Positions 52,116 through 64,000 of a stretch of 64,000 nucleotides of DNA are shown here, piece after piece. The stretch's first letter is position 1. Every line of letters begins with the position of its first letter. The stretch spans positions 62,001 to 126,000 of the forward strand of contig NW_002060969.1 of assembly GCF_000150275.1 (NCBI RefSeq), read 5' to 3'. The notes beneath the pieces were generated by a model, which made no database searches, was not told the origin of the DNA, and was given only the letters and a program-made list of their open reading frames with translations. Origin of the DNA: Trichoplax adhaerens. Its lineage: Eukaryota > Animalia > Placozoa. The position numbers and the translations under genes were made by a program.

Positions 52116-54161
52116 TGTTTCAACTAATATTTCAAAGTAGTTTAATAAGCCACCGTATAAACGTGGTACGATACGATCAATTTTCTCTTTAAAAATAGAT
52201 TACACACTGTTCTGTTAATGTACATTTAATGTTGAAATGAATTTGGATGTCTACAATAAAGACCTTGAATTGTACCGTAACTTAAAAATCATACTTTTAC
52301 TGCATTTCTTGGTCGATTATAATTTATGCTCATTTGGAAAGGGTGAATTAACGAATTTTAAAGAATTTACGTTTCTTAAATTACGTTCTTACTAATGAGA
52401 ATTTCAATATCAAAGTCGTAGATCAAATCATTAAAAGGATTTCACAAAAATGAAATTAGTATCATTTCATAAATACTGTCATCCATAACTAGCTCCTATC
52501 TGTGGTTAGCAGAGGTTAAGTGATAAATTATCAATTCATGACATCATATGGATGCTATAGCCTGATTCGATATACTACTACTCGCTTACTTTTAGAAAAA
52601 TGGCTTCTAATATTAGGCTTTGCATAGTGCAGCTTAGGATATTTATATGCTGTATCAGCATACTTTTATGTTTGAAGATTCAGAAGCAATGAAAGTAACG
52701 GTGCAATGTTATACTTTGCCAATGGGAGGAATGAATTAAAAACTATGATTAATGTAATTATTGAAGGCTACGGCCCTTTCTAGTGTTTAAGGTGATCAAT
52801 TGATCACTTGCCCCACTATCTATATATTTCTATCCCATAAGCATTAATTATTTCAAGATTGAAAGATATCTACAGTAGAACTAAAACTTTTGCACCGTTT
52901 GTATGATTAAAATGTGTGCTGACAAATTTCTACTGACTGACTGTATGAGTGCTTAAACGCTTTTGGGCACAGTAACGACTTGCATCGATTACACAATTTA
53001 TCAATTTGTATGAAACCTACAGTTCGTCATCTTACTGGTAATGTACAAGTGTAGTAGGCTAATGATATTACGGCTTAGTACGTACAGTAAGAACTTGATG
53101 AAGCTCGATGTTATGTAGAGGGTAGATAAGCCGTTTACGTTTTTATGAAACGAATCTTGGGATGAAATATCATAAACTTGATTGGTAACGTGATTATTCA
53201 TTTATTAAATATACGCGTACAATACATGTAATGGGCCTAAATTGTAGCCTCGAGCTAAGTGTTAGCTGCCTAGGTATTCACAAATATGTCCTAGTAAACT
53301 TTTCAGTTATCGCTATAGTTGAATCAAAACATAGCGTGAATATTAAACTAACAAAAGCGAAACGGGAGTCTTTCAAGTTACCATTTCTGGGCTTTAAAAT
53401 TGGTATCAGCGTCCCTGCATATAAAGGCAGTGATCGTTTACAGTTGTTCGACAAAATGTTGCTCACTCTTATTATTTCTGATAGCGCTTAAAGAAGAGCC
53501 TTAAGTTAATAACTTTAACCGTGACTCAATATAAGAGTCGTTACGAAATGTTATTAAGTGATATTATTACAATAATAAATACATGTTACACATGAAAGAC
53601 TGCATTCTGCCGTGATCAAGTACTAGAATATCTATTTAAGTAAATTACTATAAGACAGTACGAGTACACGAATACATTTATCTTAATGGAAATAGCAATA
53701 GCAGCAATACGATAATTTGATAGATACTATACTGTACTGATACAGTAATGACTCAATCCTGTTGCAAGTTTCGTTACAGCCCTAAATACAGCATATTTAG
53801 TTTCGTAATCATGTAAAAAATATTGGCAAGAGCTACCTTTATGTATTTCTGTATACAAATATATAAAAACTGAAAATACTGCATTTGTTATAGGCTCTAC
53901 AAATTCGCCACATTAAAGACATACAAGAACAACAAATGCAGTATAGGTAGCATAGGCATTTACAGTAACAGACAGAAAATAAGCAAAAGAAGACGAAATA
54001 ATAGTGTCAACTGAACGCAAAGAATTTCTTCTGATCTACTGTATTTTACGGTCAACTCATTGTTTGAAAGTTATCATCTTATTCTAGTACTGACCGCATC
54101 ATCAACGATCACTTTCATTGTAATTCACAAAATTTTTTATTTCAATTCGAAAAATTGTAAG

Positions 54162-57100
54162 TTAATCCATCCCTTTATCATCTTGTGCAGTTTTACGATC
54201 ACTATTCCATGAAGACATATGAGTCGTTTCTATTGGACTTCCACGATACTCTTCATCATCCAATCCATTCGAACCATCATATTGGGTATTAACCAATCGC
54301 GTAATCATACGTTCGTCATCTTCACCCAAATCACCGCCCATAAGAGACGGTTCTCCAACAATCATTACGTCTTGAGATGGCATGACAACATTTGGTGCGT
54401 CAGGCGACTTCTTTTTGGTTGACGAAATATTAGAATTACCAGTGGTTGTCGAAGCTCTACGTTTACGTTTCTTAGCTTGCGATTGCTTGTTTTGTGATAA
54501 ACCTGATGACTCGTCAATTGTAGGCACAGGTATAGAAGTATGAGACAATTCTTGTGGTTTCACGATCGATTGCTGCGGAATCACTGGCACAGCCATACCT
54601 GCAAAATTTACTATGTTTTCATCGAAACGTTACTAAACTACTTATACATTAAATTGTTTTTGTGAAACCTGTGGAGGTACCAGCTACTTGGCTTTTCTGA
54701 AGCACGGTTAAATTCAGACATTCTATAGTGTATTAACAATGCCAATCTATATGAGTACATAACTCTTAAATTAAATTGTACAGAATCGGATAAAATATTA
54801 AGAAATTTTACCACGAGGATTTACAGGATTCGCACTACTCTTTTGTTTAGACATTAATTCTTGCATCAGTTGTAGTGTTACACACATCTATTAGCGGGAA
54901 TCAGTCAATTAATTATTCAATATTTAAATTAAAAATCGTACCGTTAGTATTATTAATCTACGCACACGAAGATATTTCATCGTTTCAGTCAATAAGTCAC
55001 GGCGAGAGGGACTTTTATTAATTCCTTCCGAAAAGCTTACTTGTGCAGAAACCTAAAAGTTAACAAGGCTTTTCATACAGGTGAACAGATGAGGTTAACC
55101 TTAATAAACACGAGGCAATCAAATTTGTAGTATTTACTCCATAGGATCTATTTTCATTTGCGTTAACTTGCATGTATTCTTTATGATTCTTAATAGCAAA
55201 CATCCATCTTCGAATTCTCATACTATCATCACATGTCAAATCTAATGTCAGTTTACCTTCTGTATATACCTATGAAATAACAAGATAATTAATACTTGAT
55301 TTTATATCATTAATCATTAACGCCAAAGATTTAATACAAATATACTTTTAAAGGACATGGCGATCCATGGTCAGATACCATCGCAGCATCATCACATTCC
55401 ATAGTAATGATACTTCTTGCAACAGAATCTCTTGGTTGATTGAGAATAAAGTACAAATCCGTTACTCCACGGTCAAACATGCTTCGAAAAAACCTAGGAA
55501 TTAACGTGCGTCCAATAGCTGAAAGAAAGTTGTAATGCAATCACTCAGTTAAATCGCAAAATAATCCATAAATATATGCATTTGACAGCAAAATTAGCTA
55601 TCATATTATTGTTAACAATTAAATATCTGCAAAAGTCTCATTGGGAATATTTACTGTTAAACCAGTCAAACTCAAGTGCAATAAATTCTAACATTACAGT
55701 AAGCAGCACAAGCTTTCGTCGGCGTCATAATTGCCTAACACTGTACGATTGCAATACAATAAAATAATTTCCATTTAAATCGTGATGAAAACCCTTTGAT
55801 TTCTTTATGCCGGGAATGATACGAGGACAATGTACTACTGTACACATATGCGTGATCTATATGTATACAGTAAATATAGATCACTATAAATCTTATATCG
55901 TAAAATTTTATCAAGTTTAGATTCTGTCAGGGAATTAGCGATAGCCCTATATTTCGATGGCACTGTGCTCCATAACATTAAGTAAAATCAGTACGTAACA
56001 CGAGGCGTGAGGAGACAATAAATCGCCTCAAAGCACTTGCATGACCATAGGTGAACTCTTCATATTTCACTAAACTTGTAGTAACAGACTTACAATCGTA
56101 AAGCAACAAACAGTGCCATGCATTTAGAACAGCCTTATCACTGTATCATGAATAATTATTTATACCTCGAAAGAATAATTCCAGAGCTAGGATTACTTCC
56201 GCTTAACAACTCTGATTATACCATCCCAATGTAAAGCAACCCACATTGGAAATGCTATGCCATCTCCCGGATTAATATTCGTACATACTGATCTACTCTG
56301 TTACTTTTGCAGAACAGGGTCTTAATCTGCAATCACAGATTTAATCTCTGAATTAAACAATACTTATGTTATTAAGTTCTTGATGATTTCGTGTAGCACA
56401 ACTTGTATATGCATCTACCTCATAACTTAAGACATTGATGCTTGTTTATAAACCCGTAAGTATTCCTATACATGATCTACAATACTAACGCCTGAATTTT
56501 TCATATTTGTAGGTGTTCAAACTTACATCAATTTTTGTTTTAAGTAAACAAATTACAGCATAGTTCAACCAACTAATGAGCTACTCCGGCACCTGCTACC
56601 GAATTATAACATACATATGTACCAACTCTGGTAGTTACTCGCAGGTTCTAGCATTAGCAAATAGAGAAACCTACACCTCTGGTTTCAAATGATTACAAAG
56701 AGCCAGGCAAACTTCAATATGAGTAACGAGAAAGCGAATGAATAAATTTTATAAAAATATTTAAGCACTAAGGACGAAAGCTGAAAGTAAATTAATATGA
56801 ATAATGAAAAGGAATGATTCCCCATTAAAGCATTTCATATTGTAGATGCATACTATACGTACAATGGAAAAATATTTTATCGTTTGCATCTTTGAAAACC
56901 TCACAGCCATCTCATAACTACTTGCATTAGCTACAGCGAGTGTAAATTCTATAAGACAAGATACGACAAAACACATCTACCTATATTACAGAAAGATGCC
57001 AGAAGTTTCTCCGCATAATTATTAATAATTCCGAAATATAGTACATGACGTTATAGATTGTACACGACTATAAAAATATTCAAACCGTTACGAAGCATCT

Positions 57101-59043
57101 CAGATTAGACTGTATTACTGTACAATATAAGAATACCATAAGGTTTTAAAATATCATAGTTTCAAAATATTAGACAATCTTGATTACAAAAATCTTAGTG
57201 CATGTCCCCAATTTATATTTCTGCGCTTACACAACTGTAACAAGCTATAAATTTTTAAACGAATAACTATTACTCGTAAAGATTACTTACTCAAGCGGTT
57301 ACGAGAGTCATCATTCGGACTTAACTTAATTATAGTTAACGTAGCATCATCTTCAAAAAAGTCTGCGGCAAAAGCGTCCCACCACATGTTATCACTACTC
57401 TACAAATATCATCGATATGCATCGAAGGTGTAGGTATAGACTTAAATTTAAGTTCTCCGTATAGCCGTTAGTTAAGGACAATCAATTTAAATTACGTATT
57501 TTTAAAATTGCAACACAAAACAGTTAAGTCTATAAAATTACTTCAAACGAAGAGTTCATCTATATTATATAAAGATTAATAGCTAGAAAGAGGTATGTCT
57601 TACTAAGCTTCTTGTTCGTAATTTTTTATTCATTCTGTATATAATGTAATCTGGCATAACAGCTGAATTTCTTCGAAAGCCACTTCTGTAACATTTTAAA
57701 AACTAGTAATTAAGATTAGGAAGGTTATGAACATATCCAACAGCTTTTTTATGATACGTCCGGTCGATTCTAAGGAGGTTCCTAGTACATCTATCTTATA
57801 CAATATCACATTAACGAAAATTATTTTTTTGATCTAGCGCAAATTCGGGATAAAAATATTGTCTGTAGTAACAAATTTAAGTATTTACCGTAATGTGTGA
57901 TTAGATAGTTGTTATCTTTCCTAATTAAGAATTCAATTCACTAATGATAAAGCGAAATGGGTTATACTGTACATCCTGATAATAATTAAAAGGACTAAAA
58001 CAATCTGTTTACATTACATATCTTATCACCATAGTCTACGAAATGCTCCAGTATCTACTTTATAGTAAAAATATTGGTGCCATTTGTACGTACGGTAGCC
58101 AATCCTAGTAGTCCTTGTAGCACTGCAATGCACTTGACAGTATATCTTGATTTCCCAAAGATTATTAATGATATGATATATAGTGACAGTGAGATTACTT
58201 TCTAGAAACTTACTCAATATCCGGCATCGGAGACTGCATAGGATGGGTTGGCATCTTCGCTTCTATATTTTCAACACTTAAACAGGAATAAGACATCAAG
58301 TAGAAAAATTTTTACGCCATGAGATTGTACACTGTGTGAATACTCTATGCACAAAGCTTCAATCATTTTGAAAAATATTGTTTGGTACAAGCAAAATAAC
58401 TCACAACAGTAAATGTAGCAGAGTACAGTATTGTTTAAAGACATACAGTACAACTGCAACTAATTCATCTTCACGATACCGTACTGTACAGTATATTGTA
58501 CGTAATCGACAATATAGTACAGTATGCTCCAGTCCAAGATAGCAAATTGACAATAAATGTGTGGCTATGAACCTACTGGATAGTACTGTACAGTAGTGTT
58601 AGCTTGAAAGTAAATCAACTCTTTCAGTCTCTACTTCTGTACAGAGTTATTTCCTGTATTATAGTATTTTATTACCTTTTCTACAGAAACTGTAGTGCAG
58701 TTCCACCGAATATACTGAAGACTGAAGTTTCGCAACCACTTAGGATTCTATCGATAGTTTTAATAGTTTATATTTTATTACATTTTTTATTATTGTGAAC
58801 AGTTCGGTGCTGTAACTGAAAACTTTAGATTAAGCTCAGATCAGTTAACTGCAAATTATCTGCAATACGTTAGTCCGAATCAATTAAATCATTCTCTGTC
58901 TCTGCTTTATCTATTTACAGTCTATATAGTCCAGCTACTATACAGTATCCAAAACTTTAAAAATACCTACTGTAGTCTGGAAATTGAGCATTCGAGGCAG
59001 AAATAATACTGTGCTCGTATTGCATGGAGGATGTCTTCCGCAT
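54162..59043 (-). CDS. LDB: LIM domain-binding protein (LDB/Chip), multi-exon; start at 59043 or 58254
   Basis: DNMWWDAFAADFFEDDA, IGRTLIPRFFRSMF, EGKLTL, LMQELMS, NLS KKRKRR, LIM-interaction domain DVMIVGEPSLMGGDLGEDDERMITRLVNTQY. Confidence 0.95.
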
Positions 59044-59254
59044 TAAACTTAATAATACTACACACTGCATATTTTATAGTTCACAAAGAACGATACAACA
59101 CATTTTTAGCTCTTGATACATTTATTAAAATGCGGATTTATAAAGAAAGTCTCACCGGTTGCCTCAAATAGTACCGCTACAAGGATTTTTACTGGAAGCG
59201 GATGGAAATGAAAATCGGGCTACCTCTTTCGTACGTATATAACATTATTAACAT

Positions 59255-60460
59255 ATACAGTACTGTACATTATACAGTAAATATAGTACAGTACTGTCTG
59301 TATACTATACAGTACTGTACAGTATTATTGTACTTAAATAAAGACCCAACTAGCTCGATTTACGGTACTTAACTACAATAATACAGTACACACTGTACAG
59401 TAGAATACCGTGTTCTATGGTTTACAGTATAATTTACAGTACTGTACAGTGTACAGTACTGGACAGTTTCTACAGTAGCTACTACTTCTTCTAGCACGTT
59501 ACTGTACTGTGCAGTAAGTACTGTACAGTGCAGTAGTCCGTCATACGGTACAGTACAGAACACCTTAAAAAAATAAAATGTACTGTACAGTTGCGTATCT
59601 AATGATTTTACAGTAATCTAAAATCTACTCTGTACAGTACTGTACTTTACAGAACACTGGTATTCAGGTACAGTACTAGTGTACTGTACTGTACGCTGCA
59701 CTCTTTAAGAAGAAATAAATAACTGTACTGTACTGTCTCGACACAGGTACAGTACAGTATACAGTACTATACTGTACTGTACTGTACTGTACACTATACT
59801 GTACAGTAGAGGGTCTCTAGTGCACTGTACTGTACTGTATACGCGAATAATGGTTGTTTCTTTCTTTTACAGTACTGTACTGTACGGTATGTAGCATTGA
59901 TACTGTACTGCTATTGATAAAGATACTGTACTGTACAGTACAGTAGGTTTAGCCGTTTAGGACAGTACTGTACAGTGTACACTGTACACTCAGTGTACAG
60001 CACAGTACGTAGTGGAAAGACAATAGTAACTGTACACTGTACACTGTACTTTACAGTACCGTACTGTACAGTACAGTACACAAGGTGGCATGGGCTACTG
60101 TACTCAGTGTACTGTAGTGTACAGCATGGTAATGTTCTCTACGAGAATTTTCTAATAGTAAAAAGATACAAGCGATACTGTACAGTACAGTGTACAGTAC
60201 AGTACTGTACTGTACTAATACAGTAGACTGAGACGAGAGAGAGCTGTTTCAGAGAAAAGAACTTTATTACTGTACAGTACTGTACAGTACAGTACAGTAC
60301 AGTGTACAGTACTGGAAGAAAACTCGTCACATGACGCTCGTTGGCTGGCTGGATTTTTAGATAAAGTACAGTACACTGTACAGTACAGTACAGTACGATA
60401 CCATCTCAAACACCTGCATAATACAGTACAGTACAGTACAGTAGTGCATATCAGTACAGT
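59255..60460. repeat. (TACWG)n tract in the LDB/SLC49A3 divergent promoter
   Basis: About 1.2 kb of dense mixed pentamers and TACAGTG/TACACTG variants. Confidence 0.95.
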
Positions 60461-60528
60461 AAGCCGTTTACGAATAACTACAATTTTAAAGTAAACAAGA
60501 CTTTAGTAGTAATTAGAATTAATTAATT

Positions 60529-63500
60529 ATGGAAGGAGATGCACAGCTACAATCCACTTCGTCATACAGAGATGGAGAATTTGTCGTTTATACCCGGAGA
60601 TGGTTTATGTTACTTGTCATCTGTTTGGCAAATGTTGGCAATGCAATGGTATTGTTGTAAATTATTTTATTTTAATAGTTATATGCTGCGAATTATTACA
60701 GTTATTACCGAAATACCATGGTACGGAGATGGATGATTTTGCACCAATTCGTATTACAGTATACTGTACTGTATTGCTTTGATATTAGCTTAATTTTTCG
60801 TATTACAGTTTACGACCATCAAATTGTAAATTAGTAAAATATCAATCCACTATTATGGGTAAAATACAGAGCATTTGATAATAATGTAAAGACTACAGTA
60901 ATTATAATAATTAATTATTCTAATGATAAACACAGGTACTGTAGTCTTTAGGAACCGTCAGAGAATACTTAAAAAAAACGTTATTTCAGTTCTGTAATTA
61001 TAAATAAGATACGTACTCGTATTTAGCACGGGCCTGTACGGCGAGTGACCAACATCAATATCGATCATGAATAGACTAAAATACTATATTTCGTGTGTTC
61101 AACCATGCTGAAGAGTACCGTACTTGCATATTGCAAAACCTAAAATATTATTACGGTAATTATTAGCTTACAGTTAGATAGAATAAATTGATCAATAACT
61201 GCTAACGCGTAATTAACGCGATTAACCTTTTTGTAACAGTGACTACTGTGCATTGATTAAGATAGAATACTTTAGAATGCAGTGTAATAGTGTAAGGGCT
61301 ACTAGTAGTCCTTAAATAATATCACTGGGCTAACTTTATTAATGTGGGTACTAGAGATGCTAGAGGAAGAGACTGGACATACGAGTATCTTTGATTAAAA
61401 GATTCCAATAATTTCTTTAAAGAGTACACGTACTAGCCATACTGTATATCTGTAATTGTATACAATTTTTAGTAGCCCTTGTACGTATAATAAAAGTAGG
61501 CATAATTGTAGTTATATTAATTCGGGATTATTTACTGAATTATCCGCTTTAGAATAATTCGTCGACGACTAGCCAATTCTCACTCATGACTCAGTAATCG
61601 ATACCTTACTACTTCAATTAACTGCCTTCTTGCAGATTATACCTAGTAATAAATTCTATTCTTTATTGAAAGAAGTGAAAAGCTTAAGTACTATACGTTC
61701 GGATACACTAGTTTATATTGCTATTAAAGAAATAATAAAACCATATTATATCAGCTACAGGAAACGTCAAAATTGGAAAGTGTAAGCATGTAACCATCTG
61801 ATAATTAATAGCGAATAAAGATTGCAGACAAGGAGTTCTCTATCTTCATAAAATGGTTAATTATAATTATAGAGTATAATATTATTGATTAAAACATCTC
61901 TAATTCTCTTTTATCATAATATTATAATTACAACTATGCAGATAAAAATAATGTAGATAACTGTACTCAGCAAAGAAATTTTAAAGAAATTCGATAGCAT
62001 ATTATCGAGGCCATATTTGAATTTACTGGTATCAAACATTATTCATTCAGGTACTTAGTAGTAATTGCACCCGGATTTAACTATAATTATGAACAGCATA
62101 CCCGGGGCACAAATTTTTACATTTGCAATCCCTAATTCAAAGTCAGGCACAGCTACACTAATATTACAACATATTAATCTGGAAAGGCCATGATATTATG
62201 GCCTAGGCTAAGTATACTAGTAGCATATCATAGTATTACGGCGCGATTTACATACTCTGACATTAACGGATGATTTATTGAAAATTCTGGTCTCGTATGA
62301 AAGCGGCACCATTTAACGTTAAAATTGATTAGCTGTGATTACATATTAATTTTAAGGTTCGAAGATTTATAAACTTTACTTACTGAATTAAACACTGTAT
62401 ATATTTCACTTAGATGTGGATATCTTTTGCATCAGTAGCCGATGTTACCGCAGAATTTTACAATGTCACCTCCTTTCAAGTTGATTTCCTATCTTTGACC
62501 TACATGATTGCATTCCTGGTAATCGGTTTATTTTCGTCCTGGCTTATAGATACATGGGGCCTACGGATAGGTGTAAGATACGAATGATTATTTACGGTAG
62601 TAGGGTCAGTAGTTTCTCCTTGGTAAAGATATATAAAAGGAACGTGAACAATAAATAATTTATCAGGATCGTTCCTGCTACAGATTGGTGATACCATATG
62701 ATCTTAACGGAACATGTTTCTAGTCAACTGGACAGATGTTTATTTTAACAGAGTATTAGCTCATCTCTATTGATAAACGTAGAGCAATTATTTTTTCCTA
62801 ACAATGATTTGTTTCTGTTATAGGTTTTATTCAGTGTTTATGTCACTTTAATTGGCGCAGTAATCAGAATCTTGAGTGGACTCTCTTTTGTAAATAAGAG
62901 ATACAAATATTCTGTAGTTATGATAGGACAAACCTTAGGTGCAATTGCTCAACCATTCTTGTTGGAATCACCAACAAAACTAGCGGCATTGTGGTTTCCT
63001 GGCAATCAACGAGCTATCGCTAACACTCTAAGTACAATGTGTATGTGAAAGTAAATCATTTGCTATCGTATGTTAAAGAAATCACATAAAGAATTAGTTG
63101 CTTCTTTAAGGCAATTCTTTATGTTAATATTGTGATGAAATTCGATTGCAAGGTATAAGTGTGGTGGTCGGTTAGTATTTGATAAAGTAGAGCATTTTAA
63201 AAGTAAAGCACTGTACGTTAAGAAGTTACATGTTGGTCGCCCACGATCACAATTTTAAGTTCATGATACCAGTATCGTTACCGCAGCCTTCACTCTGTGA
63301 TAGCTACATTCTAAGATAAATACATTTTAAGAATACAGTAAGTAGCGTTAAATTGCGGCTCAAAATAATAAGATCTAATCTTAATCAAATTAAATTTGTA
63401 ATGCTGCAAACAGCAAACCCCTGCGGAATCCTTCTGGCGAATGCTCTTTCTCCTGTCATAGTTACTAGTACAAATAAGTTACCGTTAATGGTAAGTGTAA

Positions 63501-64000
63501 TGCATGCATTTTTCCTGCAATGAGTTCGATGGCTATGAAGCTGTTAGTAACATTAATTTTCATATTTTCTTAGCTTGAACTGTATACGATTATACCGGCA
63601 ATAGCTGTTATTCTAGCTACTTTAGGATTTTGTGAGAATACCCCGCCGAGACCACCTAGCTCATCAGCTGCAGAAGTTGGGGAACCTTTCTTTGACGGCT
63701 TAAAATTGGTATGATCAGCAATGTATCTCAATTTTGATTTATAAATTTGACTGATCCCTTTAATTCTATTCGTCATGCCTATCGGATTATTTATTGCAGG
63801 TATTCCAGTCTCGATCTTATATTGTTTTATTCATATGTATGGGAGTTGGAATCGGCATATTTAGTGCATTGAGTACCGTTATCGAACAAGTTCTCTGCGT
63901 TCGCGGTTATAGTAATGTATGTCGTGTACGATGAATGCAAGAAGATGTCTGATATATAATAGTTTATACTTTACTAAAGATATATATCGGTATGTCATAA
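60529..64000 (+). CDS. SLC49A3: MFS transporter of the FLVCR/SLC49 family, closest to SLC49A3/MFSD7; runs off window
   Basis: Exon 1 60529-60648 (VYTRRWFMLLVICLANVGNAM), exon 2 62414-62572 (MWISFASVAD), then GQTLGAIAQP...PTKLAALWFPGNQRAIAN, NPCGILLANALSP, PPRPPSSSA. Confidence 0.88.

Noticed and set aside
52792-52807. Perfect 16-bp palindrome GTGATCAATTGATCAC
   Set aside because: About this length is expected by chance in 64 kb of AT-rich DNA.
58214-59043. Apparent out-of-frame uORF overlapping the LDB start
   Set aside because: The GTAGGT donor joins the upstream exon in frame, so it is more simply an N-terminal extension.
1-64000. Intact transposase, rRNA or tRNA genes; telomeric origin for the pentamers
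   Set aside because: No DDE transposase ORF or RNA gene was recognised. The pentamers are mixed-strand and unrelated to TTAGGG. Any element responsible for the footprints must lie outside this window.

Overview
Compact, AT-rich, intron-dense animal genomic DNA. Gene content, short introns and base composition suggest a placozoan such as Trichoplax; this is inference, not verified. Gene order: SNRNP200/BRR2 5' part (-), huckebein-type C2H2 gene (+), EDRF1 (-, with a 185-N gap), FANCI (+), intronless BCCIP (-), NOC3L (+), C20orf27/ADISSP (-), CNNM (+), three secreted Thr-rich genes (two with a kringle, head-to-head), LDB/Chip (-), SLC49A3/MFSD7 5' part (+). The main unexplained signal is dense (TA-C[A/T]G)n and TA-C[C/G]G-TA tracts at the housekeeping promoters. 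Their grammar matches stacked Tc1/mariner excision footprints, and a local tandem duplication shows a TA versus TACAGTA difference. I propose these tracts record repeated cut-and-paste transposition into open chromatin. The second candidate novelty is the kringle/Thr-rich secreted gene cluster. Orthology calls rest on motifs recalled from memory; no searches were run.
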